This document shows positions 26,151-35,431 of a DNA stretch of 64,000 nucleotides, piece after piece. The number at the start of each line of letters is the position of its first letter. Within the stretch, counting starts at the first letter, position 1. The position numbers and the translations under genes were made by a program. The DNA lies in the NCBI GenBank assembly GCA_964604645.1, contig CAZRZP010000005.1, positions 21,938 through 85,937 on the forward strand, written 5' to 3'. The notes beneath the pieces were generated by a model, which saw nothing but the letters and a program-made list of their open reading frames with translations, was not told where the DNA came from and did no database searches. Origin of the DNA: an uncultured Methanosarcinales archaeon. GTDB lineage: Archaea > Nanobdellota > Nanobdellia > Woesearchaeales > GW2011-AR9.

Positions 26151-26273
26151 TTTTGCAAGAAAGTATTTAGTTTGTTTGCACGCCACGATTACGGGAGTTT
26201 ATTCATTATTTTCATTATGACTCCCGTGTGGCTCCTTTGGCAAAACAACTAAATAAGTGCTTTTGCAAGAAAG
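26151..26273. repeat. 92-nt imperfect palindrome (26164-26255) flanked by 13-bp direct repeats TTTTGCAAGAAAG
   Basis: The direct repeats at 26151-26163 and 26261-26273 are identical. Terminal inverted repeats are TATTTAGTT (26164-26172) and AACTAAATA (26247-26255). Inner arms are GCCAC/GTGGC and ACGGGAGT/ACTCCCGT. The element is locally GC-rich. Confidence 0.7.
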
Positions 26274-26303
26274 ATATAAATACAACAAATAATTCTTATT
26301 AAC

Positions 26304-26525
26304 ATGGTTACGTTCTATGCAGAAGGAATATTTTGGTATTTAGTTTTACTAGATTCAATAATCTATAATATTCTTTGTTGGACGCAAGGAAAGTGGCACA
26401 AAAAGGTCACACATTGGATTTCCAACTATTTTCCTTTTAACAAACTGTTTGGTTTGTGGTATTTGATTCTCGTTTTATGGTTGGGTTTTGTATTGTTTAG
26501 AATGCAGATTATTCTGTTTAGGTGA
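26304..26525 (+). CDS. small two/three-TM membrane protein
   Basis: 73-aa hydrophobic ORF with the TATA-like ATATAAATA about 25 nt upstream. Confidence 0.45.
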   Translation: MVTFYAEGIFWYLVLLDSIIYNILCWTQGKWHKKVTHWISNYFPFNKLFGLWYLILVLWLGFVLFRMQIILFR

Positions 26526-26564
26526 ATTTGGTCATTCTTTCTAAATTCTCTATTCGTCCGATAG

Positions 26565-26573
26565 TTTTATAAA
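26565..26573 (+). promoter_or_regulatory. TATA box of the ribosomal-protein operon, followed by a structured leader of about 110 nt
   Basis: TTTTATAAA lies 134 nt before the uL3 ATG. The leader contains hairpins AATCAG/CTGATT (26613-26629) and TCGC/GCGA (26687-26699). Confidence 0.4.
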
Positions 26574-26706
26574 CAACCTGCGTCCAAAACGGAAAACAAC
26601 GGTAATTATACCAATCAGCTTGACTGATTCAATAATTGTCGAAAGCAGCCTGATAAGACGAACATCATGAGATTCTCAGATGAAAGTCGCTAAAGGCGAT
26701 TAAACT

Positions 26707-27654
26707 ATGCCAAAAGCACACAACCCCCGTAGAGGTAGCATGCAGTTCTGGCCGCGTAAACGGTCGAGACATTCTTTAGTTAGAGTTAGATCATGGAAGG
26801 ATGAAAAGCAAGCTAAACCCTTAGGTTTTATCTGTTTCAAAGCAGGAATGACACACGTCATGGCAAATGATAACAGAGGAAAATCTATAACTAAAGGAGA
26901 AACTATCGCATTACCAACTACAATTGTTGAATGCCCTCCTATGACAGTTTTTGGAATTTCATTCTATAAGAAATCAATGTTTGGATTATCTAAAAGCAGC
27001 CAAATTTATGCTGAAAAAGCTGGAAAACATTTATCTCGAAGATTAAATATCGGTAAAAAAAGACAAGATATTGAGAAAGTTGAATTTGACGATTTACGAA
27101 TATTAGTTCATTCTAACTCTCCAAAATCTGTTGGAACAAAAAAACCAAAAGTTCTTGAAATTGCTCTTGGTGGTTCAAAAGATGAAAAATTAGCTTACGC
27201 TAAAGAAAAATTAGGTAAGTCATTATCATTTTCTGAAGTATTTGAAGAAGGCCAATTAGTTGACACTTGTGGTGTTACTAAAGGTAAAGGTTTTCAGGGA
27301 ACAGTTAAAAGGTATGGTGTTCCTATTCGTCAACATAAGTCAGAGAAAGTTAAAAGGGGAATTGGAAACTTGGGAGCATGGACACCTAAAAGAGTAGATT
27401 ATCGTGTACCTCAACCTGGAAAAATGGGTTATCATCAAAGAACTGAATATAATAAACAAATTCTTAAAATTGGTCAAGATGGAAAAGACGTTAATCCCAA
27501 AGGTGGAATTAACCGTTACGGACTAGTTACTGGAGATTATGTTTTATTACATGGGTCAATTGTAGGACCCAAAAAAGGCACTTTTCTGCTTACACATGCA
27601 ACTCGTGTAAAAAAATCACAAAAAGACGCATTTACTGTTAAATCAATACAATGA
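26707..27654 (+). CDS. rpl3: 50S ribosomal protein uL3
   Basis: NPRRGSMQFWPRKRS N-terminus; first gene of the conserved cluster. Confidence 0.95.
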   Translation: MPKAHNPRRGSMQFWPRKRSRHSLVRVRSWKDEKQAKPLGFICFKAGMTHVMANDNRGKSITKGETIALPTTIVECPPMTVFGISFYKKSMFGLSKSSQIYAEKAGKHLSRRLNIGKKRQDIEKVEFDDLRILVHSNSPKSVGTKKPKVLEIALGGSKDEKLAYAKEKLGKSLSFSEVFEEGQLVDTCGVTKGKGFQGTVKRYGVPIRQHKSEKVKRGIGNLGAWTPKRVDYRVPQPGKMGYHQRTEYNKQILKIGQDGKDVNPKGGINRYGLVTGDYVLLHGSIVGPKKGTFLLTHATRVKKSQKDAFTVKSIQ

Positions 27655-28457
27655 AAATACCAATAAGAGACGTAGGAAACAAAGAAAAAGGAACTTCAGA
27701 ATTACCTCGGCAATTCAATGAAGGTTATAGACCTCAGTTAATACATCGAGCAGTGATAGCTTTACGAAGTATTCTACGTCAAAGATATGGTGCATCTCCT
27801 GAAGCTGGTAAAAGACATTCTTCAGATATAAGTAAAAGAAGAAGAAAATACAGGGGTTGTTATGGTTTTGGTATAAGTCGTGTTGATCGAAAAATTCTAT
27901 CTCGTCGCGGTACAAGGATGTTTTGGGTTGGAGCAACGTCTCCTCAAACCAGGGGCGGTAGAAGGTCACACCCACCTAAATCAAGCAAGGATTTAGTTAA
28001 AAATATCAATCTTAAAGAGAAACGTAAAGCGATTAGATCAGCAATGGCAGCTACTGTTGACAAAAAAATAGTAAGTGAAAGAGGCCATAATGTTCCTGAA
28101 ACTTATCCTTTTATAGTAGAATCTGCATTTGAAAATATAGCAAAAACTGCAGATTTAGTTAAAACTTTGGAAGGCTTTGGCTTTTCAGATGAGTTAGTAA
28201 GATCTGCTGTTAAAAAAATTAGAGCTGGAAAAGGTAAAATGCGTGGACGGAAATATCGTCGTAAAAAAGGTTTACTAATTGTTGTTGGTGAAGAATGTCC
28301 AATTATGAAAGCTGGAAATAACATTCCTGGAATTGACACAGTTTTAGTTAGTTCACTTAATGCTCACGATTTAGCTCCTGGTTCAATGCCCGGTAGAGCA
28401 ACAATCTGGACAGAGAATGCAATTAAAATGTTAGGAGAAAAGAAATTATTCATTTAA
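27651..28457 (+). CDS. rpl4: 50S ribosomal protein uL4
   Basis: Position in the cluster, [14 protein letters not shown] motif, and a 4-nt overlap with uL3. Confidence 0.93.
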   Translation: MKIPIRDVGNKEKGTSELPRQFNEGYRPQLIHRAVIALRSILRQRYGASPEAGKRHSSDISKRRRKYRGCYGFGISRVDRKILSRRGTRMFWVGATSPQTRGGRRSHPPKSSKDLVKNINLKEKRKAIRSAMAATVDKKIVSERGHNVPETYPFIVESAFENIAKTADLVKTLEGFGFSDELVRSAVKKIRAGKGKMRGRKYRRKKGLLIVVGEECPIMKAGNNIPGIDTVLVSSLNAHDLAPGSMPGRATIWTENAIKMLGEKKLFI

Positions 28458-28459
28458 TT

Positions 28460-28771
28460 ATGGCTGAAAAACAAGAAAAGGAAATCGTAAAAACTCAAAG
28501 CAATGAAAGTTTTGATCCGTATCAGATTATTTTACATCCCTTATCTACAGAAAAAAGTATTAGGCAGATTGAGTTTGATAATAAATTAGTTTTTGCAGTT
28601 AATCCTCGTGCAACTAAACAAGATGTTAAGAAAGCTGTTGAAGAAATGTTCAAAGTAACAGTTGCAAAAGTAAATATTCAAAATTCATTTCAAGGAGAAA
28701 AAAAAGCTTACGTTAAATTAGGTGGAGAAAGTATTGCTTCTGACGTAAGTGCTGATTTGGGATTAATATAA
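28460..28771 (+). CDS. rpl23: 50S ribosomal protein uL23
   Basis: [15 protein letters not shown]...KVNI pattern and cluster order. Confidence 0.93.
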   Translation: MAEKQEKEIVKTQSNESFDPYQIILHPLSTEKSIRQIEFDNKLVFAVNPRATKQDVKKAVEEMFKVTVAKVNIQNSFQGEKKAYVKLGGESIASDVSADLGLI

Positions 28772-28772
28772 A

Positions 28773-29468
28773 ATGGGTAAACGACTAATTCAACAGAGAA
28801 GAGGAAGGGGAACTCACACCTATAAAGCAGCTAGTCATCGCTATAAAGGAAAAGTTCGTCATCATCCCATCTCAACTGAAGGAACCGTTACTAATTTAAT
28901 TCATTGTCCTGGACATAGCGCTCCACTTGCTGAAGTATCTTATTTAACTGGTAAAAAAGGTTTAGTTCTAGCTGTTTACGGAATTAAAGTTGGCGATTCA
29001 ATATCAATAGGTTCAGGTGATACTCCTGGTTGTGTTTTGCAGCTGAGAGATATCCCAGAAGGAACATTAGTACATAATTTAGAGATTCGTCCGGGAGATG
29101 GCGGTAAATTAGTTAGATCATCTGGAGCTTTTGCAAAAGTTGTAGCTAAAACTGACAAATTAGTTAGGGTTCTTCTCCCTTCAAAGAAAGAAAAAATATT
29201 CCTTCCTGAATGTAGGGCTGCAATGGGTGTCGTTGCGGGTTCTGGAAGAGTCGACAAACCTTTCCTTAAAGCAGGAACCAGATCTAAAAAAATGCGTGCT
29301 CGTAATAAATTATATCCAAAAGTATGTGGTGTATCGATGAATGCAGTGGATCATCCTTTCGGAAGTGGTTGTTCTCATGCTAAGGGTAGACCAACTCAAT
29401 CTTCAAGAAATTCTCCTCCAGGTAGAAAAGTAGGTAAAATAGCTCCTCGGAGAACAGGAAAAAGGTAA
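28773..29468 (+). CDS. rpl2: 50S ribosomal protein uL2
   Basis: MGKRLIQQRRGRG start, MNAVDHPFGSG motif and cluster order. Confidence 0.95.
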   Translation: MGKRLIQQRRGRGTHTYKAASHRYKGKVRHHPISTEGTVTNLIHCPGHSAPLAEVSYLTGKKGLVLAVYGIKVGDSISIGSGDTPGCVLQLRDIPEGTLVHNLEIRPGDGGKLVRSSGAFAKVVAKTDKLVRVLLPSKKEKIFLPECRAAMGVVAGSGRVDKPFLKAGTRSKKMRARNKLYPKVCGVSMNAVDHPFGSGCSHAKGRPTQSSRNSPPGRKVGKIAPRRTGKR

Positions 29469-29492
29469 AACAACAAATAATAACAAAATAAA

Positions 29493-29876
29493 ATGGCAAT
29501 TAAAGAACTTAAATGGTGCGGAAAAACGGAAGAAGAAGTTAAAGGAATGGATTTAAAAGAATTCATTCAACTATTACCCTCAAGAAAGCGCCGTTCATTA
29601 GAAAGGGGCTTTACTGATCAACAAAAATCATTATTGAAGCGGTTAGAAAGTGGAGCTAATAATATTAAAACACACGCAAGAGATATGGTAATCTTACCTG
29701 TCATGCTTGGCAAAAACTTAATGGTATATAACGGAAAAAGTTTCATCCCTATAACAGTTACTATTGAAATGGTTGGGCACGTTTTAGGAGAATTTGCATT
29801 AACAAGATCTTCAGTTAAACACAGTTCAGCAGGAGTTGGAGCAACTCGTTCCAGTAAAGCGGTGAGTGCACGTTAA
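29493..29876 (+). CDS. rps19: 30S ribosomal protein uS19
   Basis: YNGKSFIPITVTIEMVGHVLGEFALTR. Confidence 0.93.
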   Translation: MAIKELKWCGKTEEEVKGMDLKEFIQLLPSRKRRSLERGFTDQQKSLLKRLESGANNIKTHARDMVILPVMLGKNLMVYNGKSFIPITVTIEMVGHVLGEFALTRSSVKHSSAGVGATRSSKAVSAR

Positions 29877-29899
29877 AAATAAATATTGTAAACAAAATA

Positions 29900-30991
29900 A
29901 TGGCTAAAACAAAAGACTCTGGATCTGCACATGTGGCATCGGCAAAATCACACAATTTGCCTATTTCCACCAAACATAGTGTAGAGATCAGTAGGAATTT
30001 GCGTTATAGGAGCATTAAATACGCTAAAAGCTTTCTAGAAAGTGTTCTGAAAATGGAGAAAGCAGTACCGTTTAATCGTTTCAATAATGACGTTGGTCAT
30101 AAACCGGGTATAGGTTCAGGAAGATATCCAATTAAAGCTGCTTCTGCTTTTTTGAAATTATTTAACTCAGTTGAAGCGAATGCACAAGTTAAAGGTCTTA
30201 ATACTTCAAGTTTGAAAATAATCAAGTTACTTGCAAATAAAGCATCTATTCCAATGACTGGCGGTAGAAGAAGAGGAGGAACAAAAAGGACTCACATTGA
30301 AATAGAAGTAGAAGAAGGTAAAGCAGGCACTGCAAAAAAATCTGAAGCTAAGAAAAAAGAAGAAACTAAATCAAAGAAAGATGAAAAAATTCCAGTTGCT
30401 CCTGAAAAATCTGCCGAGATAAAAGAAGAACCTGTTGTTAAAGAAGAAAAAATAGTTGAAGAAATTGCAGAAGAAGTAAAGGAAGAAGTGAAGGATGACG
30501 TTCCAACATCACCTGAAACAAAAACCGAAGAAGAAAAAGGAGAAGCAGCTGAAAAGATAGCTGAAGAAGAAAAGAAACCTGAAACTCCTGAACTAATTGC
30601 AGAACCTGAATCAGAAACCCCAACTGAAGAAGAAACTCCTATTGAATCAGAATCAATCCAAGAATCAATGGAAGAAAAACCAGTTGTAGAAGTTCAAGAA
30701 CCTACGATCCAACCTGCTCAAGATATTCCAACAGAAATTCCTGCTTCAACCATTCCTAAAGCATCAGTTATATCAGAGCCACAACAACCAGCATCACAAC
30801 CATCAGAACAATCTGAGCCAATTGAAGAAGTTAAAGATTATACTCCTGAAGAATTATTAGAAAAAGCTCAAGCTAAAGCTGCTGAGTTAAACAAAGATGA
30901 AAAACAAACTGAAAAAGTAAAAGAAGTAGAAGGTTTATTTCAACAATTACAACAGAAAGGAACTTTACGAAAAGATGAAGGTGCTAAATAA
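29900..30991 (+). CDS. rpl22: 50S ribosomal protein uL22 with a C-terminal Glu/Pro/Lys-rich extension of about 210 aa
   Basis: Residues 1 to about 150 are a normal uL22 (cluster position; ...TGGRRRGGTKRTHIEI). Residues from about 150 to 363 are low complexity. Confidence 0.9.
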   Translation: MAKTKDSGSAHVASAKSHNLPISTKHSVEISRNLRYRSIKYAKSFLESVLKMEKAVPFNRFNNDVGHKPGIGSGRYPIKAASAFLKLFNSVEANAQVKGLNTSSLKIIKLLANKASIPMTGGRRRGGTKRTHIEIEVEEGKAGTAKKSEAKKKEETKSKKDEKIPVAPEKSAEIKEEPVVKEEKIVEEIAEEVKEEVKDDVPTSPETKTEEEKGEAAEKIAEEEKKPETPELIAEPESETPTEEETPIESESIQESMEEKPVVEVQEPTIQPAQDIPTEIPASTIPKASVISEPQQPASQPSEQSEPIEEVKDYTPEELLEKAQAKAAELNKDEKQTEKVKEVEGLFQQLQQKGTLRKDEGAK

Positions 30992-31893
30992 TGATTGAAA
31001 GAGATTTCATAGTCCAAAAAACTAAGGAACTGTACATTAAGAAACATATTGAGAATCAACTAAAAGGTGTTGGAATTTCATCTATCAGATTAAAGAAAAT
31101 CCCTTTAGGTGAAAAAATAATAATTCATTCAAGTCGACCAAGTTTAATCGTTGGTTCCAAAGGATCAAATATTAAGGACTTAACTCGACAATTAAAAAAG
31201 AAATTTAAATTAGAAAATCCACAAATAGAAATTAATGAAGTGAAAAACATTTTTCTGGATGCTCACATTGTAGCTGATAGAATTGCTAGTTCATTAGAAC
31301 GATTTGGTTCTACTCGTTTTAAGAGTGTTGGGTATAAAATTATGCAGAACGTACTTAATTCAGGTGCACTTGGAGTAGAAATAATTTTGTCCGGAAAAAT
31401 TCCTGGATCAAGAGCTCGTAATTGGCGTTTCTATCAAGGATATTTGAAGAAATGTGGAGACATTGCTTTTTCAGGAGTTTTAAGATCTAAAAGAAGTGCT
31501 TTATTGAAAAGCGGAATTATTGGAATAAAAGTTGCCATTATGCCTCCAGATTTAACCCTTCCAGATCATATTGAAATCTTAGCTGAACCTATTAATATTA
31601 CTGAAGAAGTTGTTGAAGAACCCAAGAAAGTTCGCAAACCAAGAAAAAAGAAAACTAAAGCTAAACCGGCGGAAAAGAATGAAAAGTCAACTGAAGAAAA
31701 AATTGATGAAACTCAAGTAAGTGAAGATGCCCCAGCGGAAGAACCCAAAAAAGAAGAAGTTAAGGAAGAAACTCCTGAAGAGGCTGCACCTAAATCTTCT
31801 AAGGAAACTCCAAAAGTCAAAGAAGAAAAAACAGAGGAAGCTGAGGAGGCTCCATCTGTTGAGGAAAATCCTGTTATTGAGGACACAGAATGA
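30991..31893 (+). CDS. rps3: 30S ribosomal protein uS3 with Lys/Glu-rich tail
   Basis: KH-domain region, cluster order, and a charged tail of about 90 aa. Confidence 0.93.
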   Translation: MIERDFIVQKTKELYIKKHIENQLKGVGISSIRLKKIPLGEKIIIHSSRPSLIVGSKGSNIKDLTRQLKKKFKLENPQIEINEVKNIFLDAHIVADRIASSLERFGSTRFKSVGYKIMQNVLNSGALGVEIILSGKIPGSRARNWRFYQGYLKKCGDIAFSGVLRSKRSALLKSGIIGIKVAIMPPDLTLPDHIEILAEPINITEEVVEEPKKVRKPRKKKTKAKPAEKNEKSTEEKIDETQVSEDAPAEEPKKEEVKEETPEEAAPKSSKETPKVKEEKTEEAEEAPSVEENPVIEDTE

Positions 31894-32090
31894 AATCCAA
31901 AGAATTACGCGAATTACCGGAAGCTGAACTTAAAGCAAGATTGCAAGAGTTTAAAAAAGAACTATTAAAATTAAATGTTGAACTTAGTATGGGTTCCCAA
32001 GGATCAAGTCCAGGAAAATTTCGTAAAGTCAAGAAAGGAATTGCAAGAATCCACACAATATTGCGAGAAAAGGAGGTGCAGGCTCAATAA
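31890..32090 (+). CDS. rpl29: 50S ribosomal protein uL29
   Basis: MKSKELRELPEAELKARLQEFKKELLKL. Confidence 0.92.
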   Translation: MKSKELRELPEAELKARLQEFKKELLKLNVELSMGSQGSSPGKFRKVKKGIARIHTILREKEVQAQ

Positions 32091-32128
32091 ATGATAGAAA
32101 AGCCAACCCACGTCCTAATGGAGGAACG

Positions 32129-32440
32129 ATGGTAGGTGTTTGTAACCAATGTGGTTTACCTGAGGACCTCTGTGTTTGTGAGTCCATTGCCAGGGAACAA
32201 CAAAAAATCACTGTCAAAATGGAGAAACGGAAGTTTGGGAAAAAATATACTATCGTATCCGGAATCACCAAAGAAGCTAACCTTAACGAAATGGTAAAAA
32301 AACTAAAAAACAAATTTGCTTGCGGCGGAACAGCAAAAAACGGCAGAATTGAATTGCAAGGAGATCACTTATCTCGAATAAAGCCGGTTTTAGTAGATTT
32401 GGGTTTTCAGGAAGAAACCATTGAAATATACAATAAATGA
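32129..32440 (+). CDS. translation initiation factor SUI1 (aSUI1/eIF1)
   Basis: FACGGTAKNGRIELQGDH core, an N-terminal CxxC..CxC knuckle, and the GGAGG SD 6 nt upstream. Confidence 0.85.
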   Translation: MVGVCNQCGLPEDLCVCESIAREQQKITVKMEKRKFGKKYTIVSGITKEANLNEMVKKLKNKFACGGTAKNGRIELQGDHLSRIKPVLVDLGFQEETIEIYNK

Positions 32441-32667
32441 AGAAATATCCACATGAATTAATCGGAAAAATGGTCACAATCATAAAATCAAAAAACAAAT
32501 CGGATGAAGGTCTATCTGGGAAAGTTTTAGACGAAACAAAAAAAACATTAGTACTAAGCGGCTCAAAAACAGTGTTTAAGAAAAACATCACCCTTAAACT
32601 TAATTCAGGGGAGATCATTTCTGGCGATGCATTGATGGGTCGATCAGAAGAAAGGGTAAAAGGCTAA
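32437..32667 (+). CDS. rnp1: RNase P protein component 1 (Rpp29/Pop4), very short form
   Basis: ELIGKMVTIIKSKNKSDEGLSGKVLDETKKTLVL matches the Rpp29 Sm-like core. It occupies the canonical slot between SUI1 and uS17. Confidence 0.8.
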   Translation: MKKYPHELIGKMVTIIKSKNKSDEGLSGKVLDETKKTLVLSGSKTVFKKNITLKLNSGEIISGDALMGRSEERVKG

Positions 32668-32668
32668 T

Positions 32669-33106
32669 ATGGTAAAATCAAAAATTAAGAAGGAAGTACT
32701 GGGCTATCCGGCTCCAAAGAAAGCGTCTAATTCAGCGTTTCATGATTTAAAGTGTCCATTCACTGGATCTCTTGGGGTTAAAAATGAAATCCTAAAAGGG
32801 ATTGTAATAAAAAAGGATACTGGAAAATCAGCAACGATTCAATGGGACAGACCTTATTTTGTACCTAAATATGAAAGGTATGAACAAAGGAGATCTCGTT
32901 TAAGAGTTCATAACCCGCCTTGTTTGGATGCTCAAATAGGCGATCAAGTTATTGTCGCTAGAACTAGGCCATTAAGTAAAACCAAAAACCATGTCATAAT
33001 TCATATACTAAGTAATGAAGAACTTGGGACAGCTTCAAAAACTAAATCAGAAAAGAAAGTTGAAGAAGCCAAAGAACCAAAACAAACTGAAGAGAATAAG
33101 AAATGA
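32669..33106 (+). CDS. rps17: 30S ribosomal protein uS17
   Basis: KSATIQWDRPYFVPKYERYEQRRSRLRVHNPPC. Confidence 0.93.
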   Translation: MVKSKIKKEVLGYPAPKKASNSAFHDLKCPFTGSLGVKNEILKGIVIKKDTGKSATIQWDRPYFVPKYERYEQRRSRLRVHNPPCLDAQIGDQVIVARTRPLSKTKNHVIIHILSNEELGTASKTKSEKKVEEAKEPKQTEENKK

Positions 33107-33504
33107 AAGCAATACGTTCCAGCATAACAAGAGCCTTACCTGTACAGGCATTCGTCCCTACATGTGATAATTCAGGGGCTAAAATGCTTAAGATAGTCTC
33201 TGTAAAAGGTCATAAGACTGTTAAAGGTAGAATTCCGGCAGCGGGAGTTGGAGATTTGGTTTTAGCATCTGTAAAGAAGGGTAAATTGGAAATGAGAAAA
33301 CAAGTAGTACCTGCTATCATTGTCCGTCAGAAAAAAGAATATCGCAGACCTGATGGTACACGAGTTAAATTTGAAGATAATGCTGCAGTTGTATTAAAAG
33401 ATATGAAAGGCAATCCTAAAGGAACAATATTTAAGGGCCCGATTGCTAAAGAAGTTGCAGAAAGATGGCCAGCCGTAGCCAAAGTTGCACGGATGGTGGT
33501 ATAA
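33103..33504 (+). CDS. rpl14: 50S ribosomal protein uL14
   Basis: CDNSGAK motif and cluster order. Confidence 0.95.
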   Translation: MKAIRSSITRALPVQAFVPTCDNSGAKMLKIVSVKGHKTVKGRIPAAGVGDLVLASVKKGKLEMRKQVVPAIIVRQKKEYRRPDGTRVKFEDNAAVVLKDMKGNPKGTIFKGPIAKEVAERWPAVAKVARMVV

Positions 33505-33505
33505 A

Positions 33506-33949
33506 ATGGAACAATTAAAATTATTGAGAAGCCGGAGAAAGCAGAGAAAACTTAGGTACACTGCACCTTTACATAAAAAGCAAAAGTATTTGCACGTACA
33601 TTTATCATCTGAGTTAAGAAAGAAATATGGAACGCGAGCTATTTTAGTGAAGAAAGGCGATAAAGTTAAAATTATGCGTGGGCAAAATGCTAAGAAAGAG
33701 GGTAAAGTTGACAGAATTAACCTAACTGCAAATAGGGTTTACCTTGAAAACATGGAATTTACAAAAAAGGATGGAACAAAAGTTACAATTCCTTTTGCAC
33801 CTTCCAATTTAATGATTGTATCTCTTGACTTAACAGACAAAAAAAGGAAAACAAAGTTAGGTGGTGAAGAGAAACAAAATGAAGATAATAAAGCTGAAGA
33901 TAACAAAGTTAACAAAGAAGCTGGAGTGACTAATGAAAAATCATCTTAA
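33506..33949 (+). CDS. rpl24: 50S ribosomal protein uL24
   Basis: KOW motif KKGDKVKIMRGQNAKKEGKV. The ATG at 33506 is preferred over the TTG at 33485 in the track. Confidence 0.9.
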   Translation: MEQLKLLRSRRKQRKLRYTAPLHKKQKYLHVHLSSELRKKYGTRAILVKKGDKVKIMRGQNAKKEGKVDRINLTANRVYLENMEFTKKDGTKVTIPFAPSNLMIVSLDLTDKKRKTKLGGEEKQNEDNKAEDNKVNKEAGVTNEKSS

Positions 33950-34619
33950 AAGATTAGCGGCACCAAAGACTTGGATCATTGACAGGAAACAGAATACGTT
34001 CATCACCCGTCCTAAACCTGGGGCACATTCATTGATGTTCGGCCTTCCTCTGGGAATAATAATTCGAGATAATTTATCAATGGTATTAACTATGAATGAA
34101 GCACGTAAATTATTGCATGACAATGAAGTTTTGGTTGATGGCAAAAGAAGAACCAGCCACAGATTTATCACTGGTCTGTTCGATATAATTTCATTTCCTG
34201 CTTTGAAAAAACATTATCGGGTATCGTTAGATGATAAAGGTAGAATGATTTTAGTTGAAACCTCCGATGTGAGTACTAAGTTAGCAAAAATAAAAGGAAA
34301 GAAGGTTGGCACTGGCGGAAAAATACAACTCCAATTTCATGATGGTAGAACTATTTTTGCAGATAACTCTGCAAACGTAGGAGATACAGCCGTTCTTCAG
34401 CTTCCAAGTAAAGCTGGTGAAAAAATTACAATTAAAGAAGTCTTACCTCTAAAAGAAGGCGTTGCTATATTCCTAACTCAGGGAAAACACGCTGGATCAA
34501 TTGGAAAATTAAAAGAAATAAAAAAGGACGAAGTGGTTTTTATTTCAGATGATAAAGATCTTGAAACAAAAAAATCATACCTATTCGTTGTTGGAAAGGA
34601 GAAGTCACTATTAAAATGA
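33933..34619 (+). CDS. rps4e: 30S ribosomal protein eS4
   Basis: MKNHLKRLAAPKTW start and cluster order. Confidence 0.93.
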   Translation: MKNHLKRLAAPKTWIIDRKQNTFITRPKPGAHSLMFGLPLGIIIRDNLSMVLTMNEARKLLHDNEVLVDGKRRTSHRFITGLFDIISFPALKKHYRVSLDDKGRMILVETSDVSTKLAKIKGKKVGTGGKIQLQFHDGRTIFADNSANVGDTAVLQLPSKAGEKITIKEVLPLKEGVAIFLTQGKHAGSIGKLKEIKKDEVVFISDDKDLETKKSYLFVVGKEKSLLK

Positions 34620-35122
34620 ATCATATGAAAGAAATCAGGATTGCCAAAGTAACGTTAAACATTGGCGCTGGAAAAGATGAAGTAATGTTAAAGAAAGGCA
34701 TTAAACTTTTACAGAAATTGTCTCCTTTATCTCCAGTTAAAACCACTGCAAAGAAAAGAATTCCTAATTGGGGTTTAAGGCCTGGTTTACCTATTGGTTG
34801 TAAGGTAACAGTTCGTAAAGATACGGAAGCTTTGTTAAAGAAGCTTCTTGCGGCTAAAAGAAACATCCTAAAAGCAAAAAATTTCGACAATCAAGGAAAT
34901 TTTTCATTTGGCATTGCAGAATACATTGATATTTTAGGGCTTGAGTATGATCCTGAACTAAAAATCATGGGTTTAGAAGTTGCAGTGACCCTACAACGTC
35001 CTGGTCAAAGAGTTAAAATGCGTAGGATTAAATCTAGCTTCATAGGGAAATCTCATTTGATTACAAAAGAAGACGCTCAACAATTTGTAAAAGAGAAATT
35101 AAATGTGGAGGTTGAAGCATGA
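34616..35122 (+). CDS. rpl5: 50S ribosomal protein uL5
   Basis: [13 protein letters not shown] pattern and cluster order. Confidence 0.93.
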   Translation: MNHMKEIRIAKVTLNIGAGKDEVMLKKGIKLLQKLSPLSPVKTTAKKRIPNWGLRPGLPIGCKVTVRKDTEALLKKLLAAKRNILKAKNFDNQGNFSFGIAEYIDILGLEYDPELKIMGLEVAVTLQRPGQRVKMRRIKSSFIGKSHLITKEDAQQFVKEKLNVEVEA

Positions 35123-35349
35123 CTTACTCAAATTGGAAAAAGATGTTTACTCAGTTAAACTCAAAACCTATCAAAAAACAAAAGTACATTAAACACAATC
35201 AACCAAAGCAACGATCATGTGGAATCGCTCTTAGGCGGTGTAAAAATTGTGGTAGAATACGTGGACATATTAACAAATATCGGTTAAATCTTTGCCGCCA
35301 GTGTTTTAGGGAAATGGCACCTAATATGGGTTTCAAAAAATACAGTTAA
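35119..35349 (+). CDS. rps14: 30S ribosomal protein uS14 (zinc type)
   Basis: CKNCGR...CRQCFRE zinc-ribbon motif. The start may be an internal Met. Confidence 0.88.
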   Translation: MTYSNWKKMFTQLNSKPIKKQKYIKHNQPKQRSCGIALRRCKNCGRIRGHINKYRLNLCRQCFREMAPNMGFKKYS

Positions 35350-35431
35350 GATTCATCAAAATAAATCAAAAAAATAAAACTAACAAAAGGAAACAAATGA
35401 AAAACAAAATTCAAAATCATGGAGGGTTACA

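Noticed and set aside
33485-33505. TTG-initiated N-terminal extension of uL24 (MHGWWYK) from the ORF track
   Set aside because: It overlaps the uL14 stop region. An ATG at 33506 gives the conserved uL24 N-terminus.
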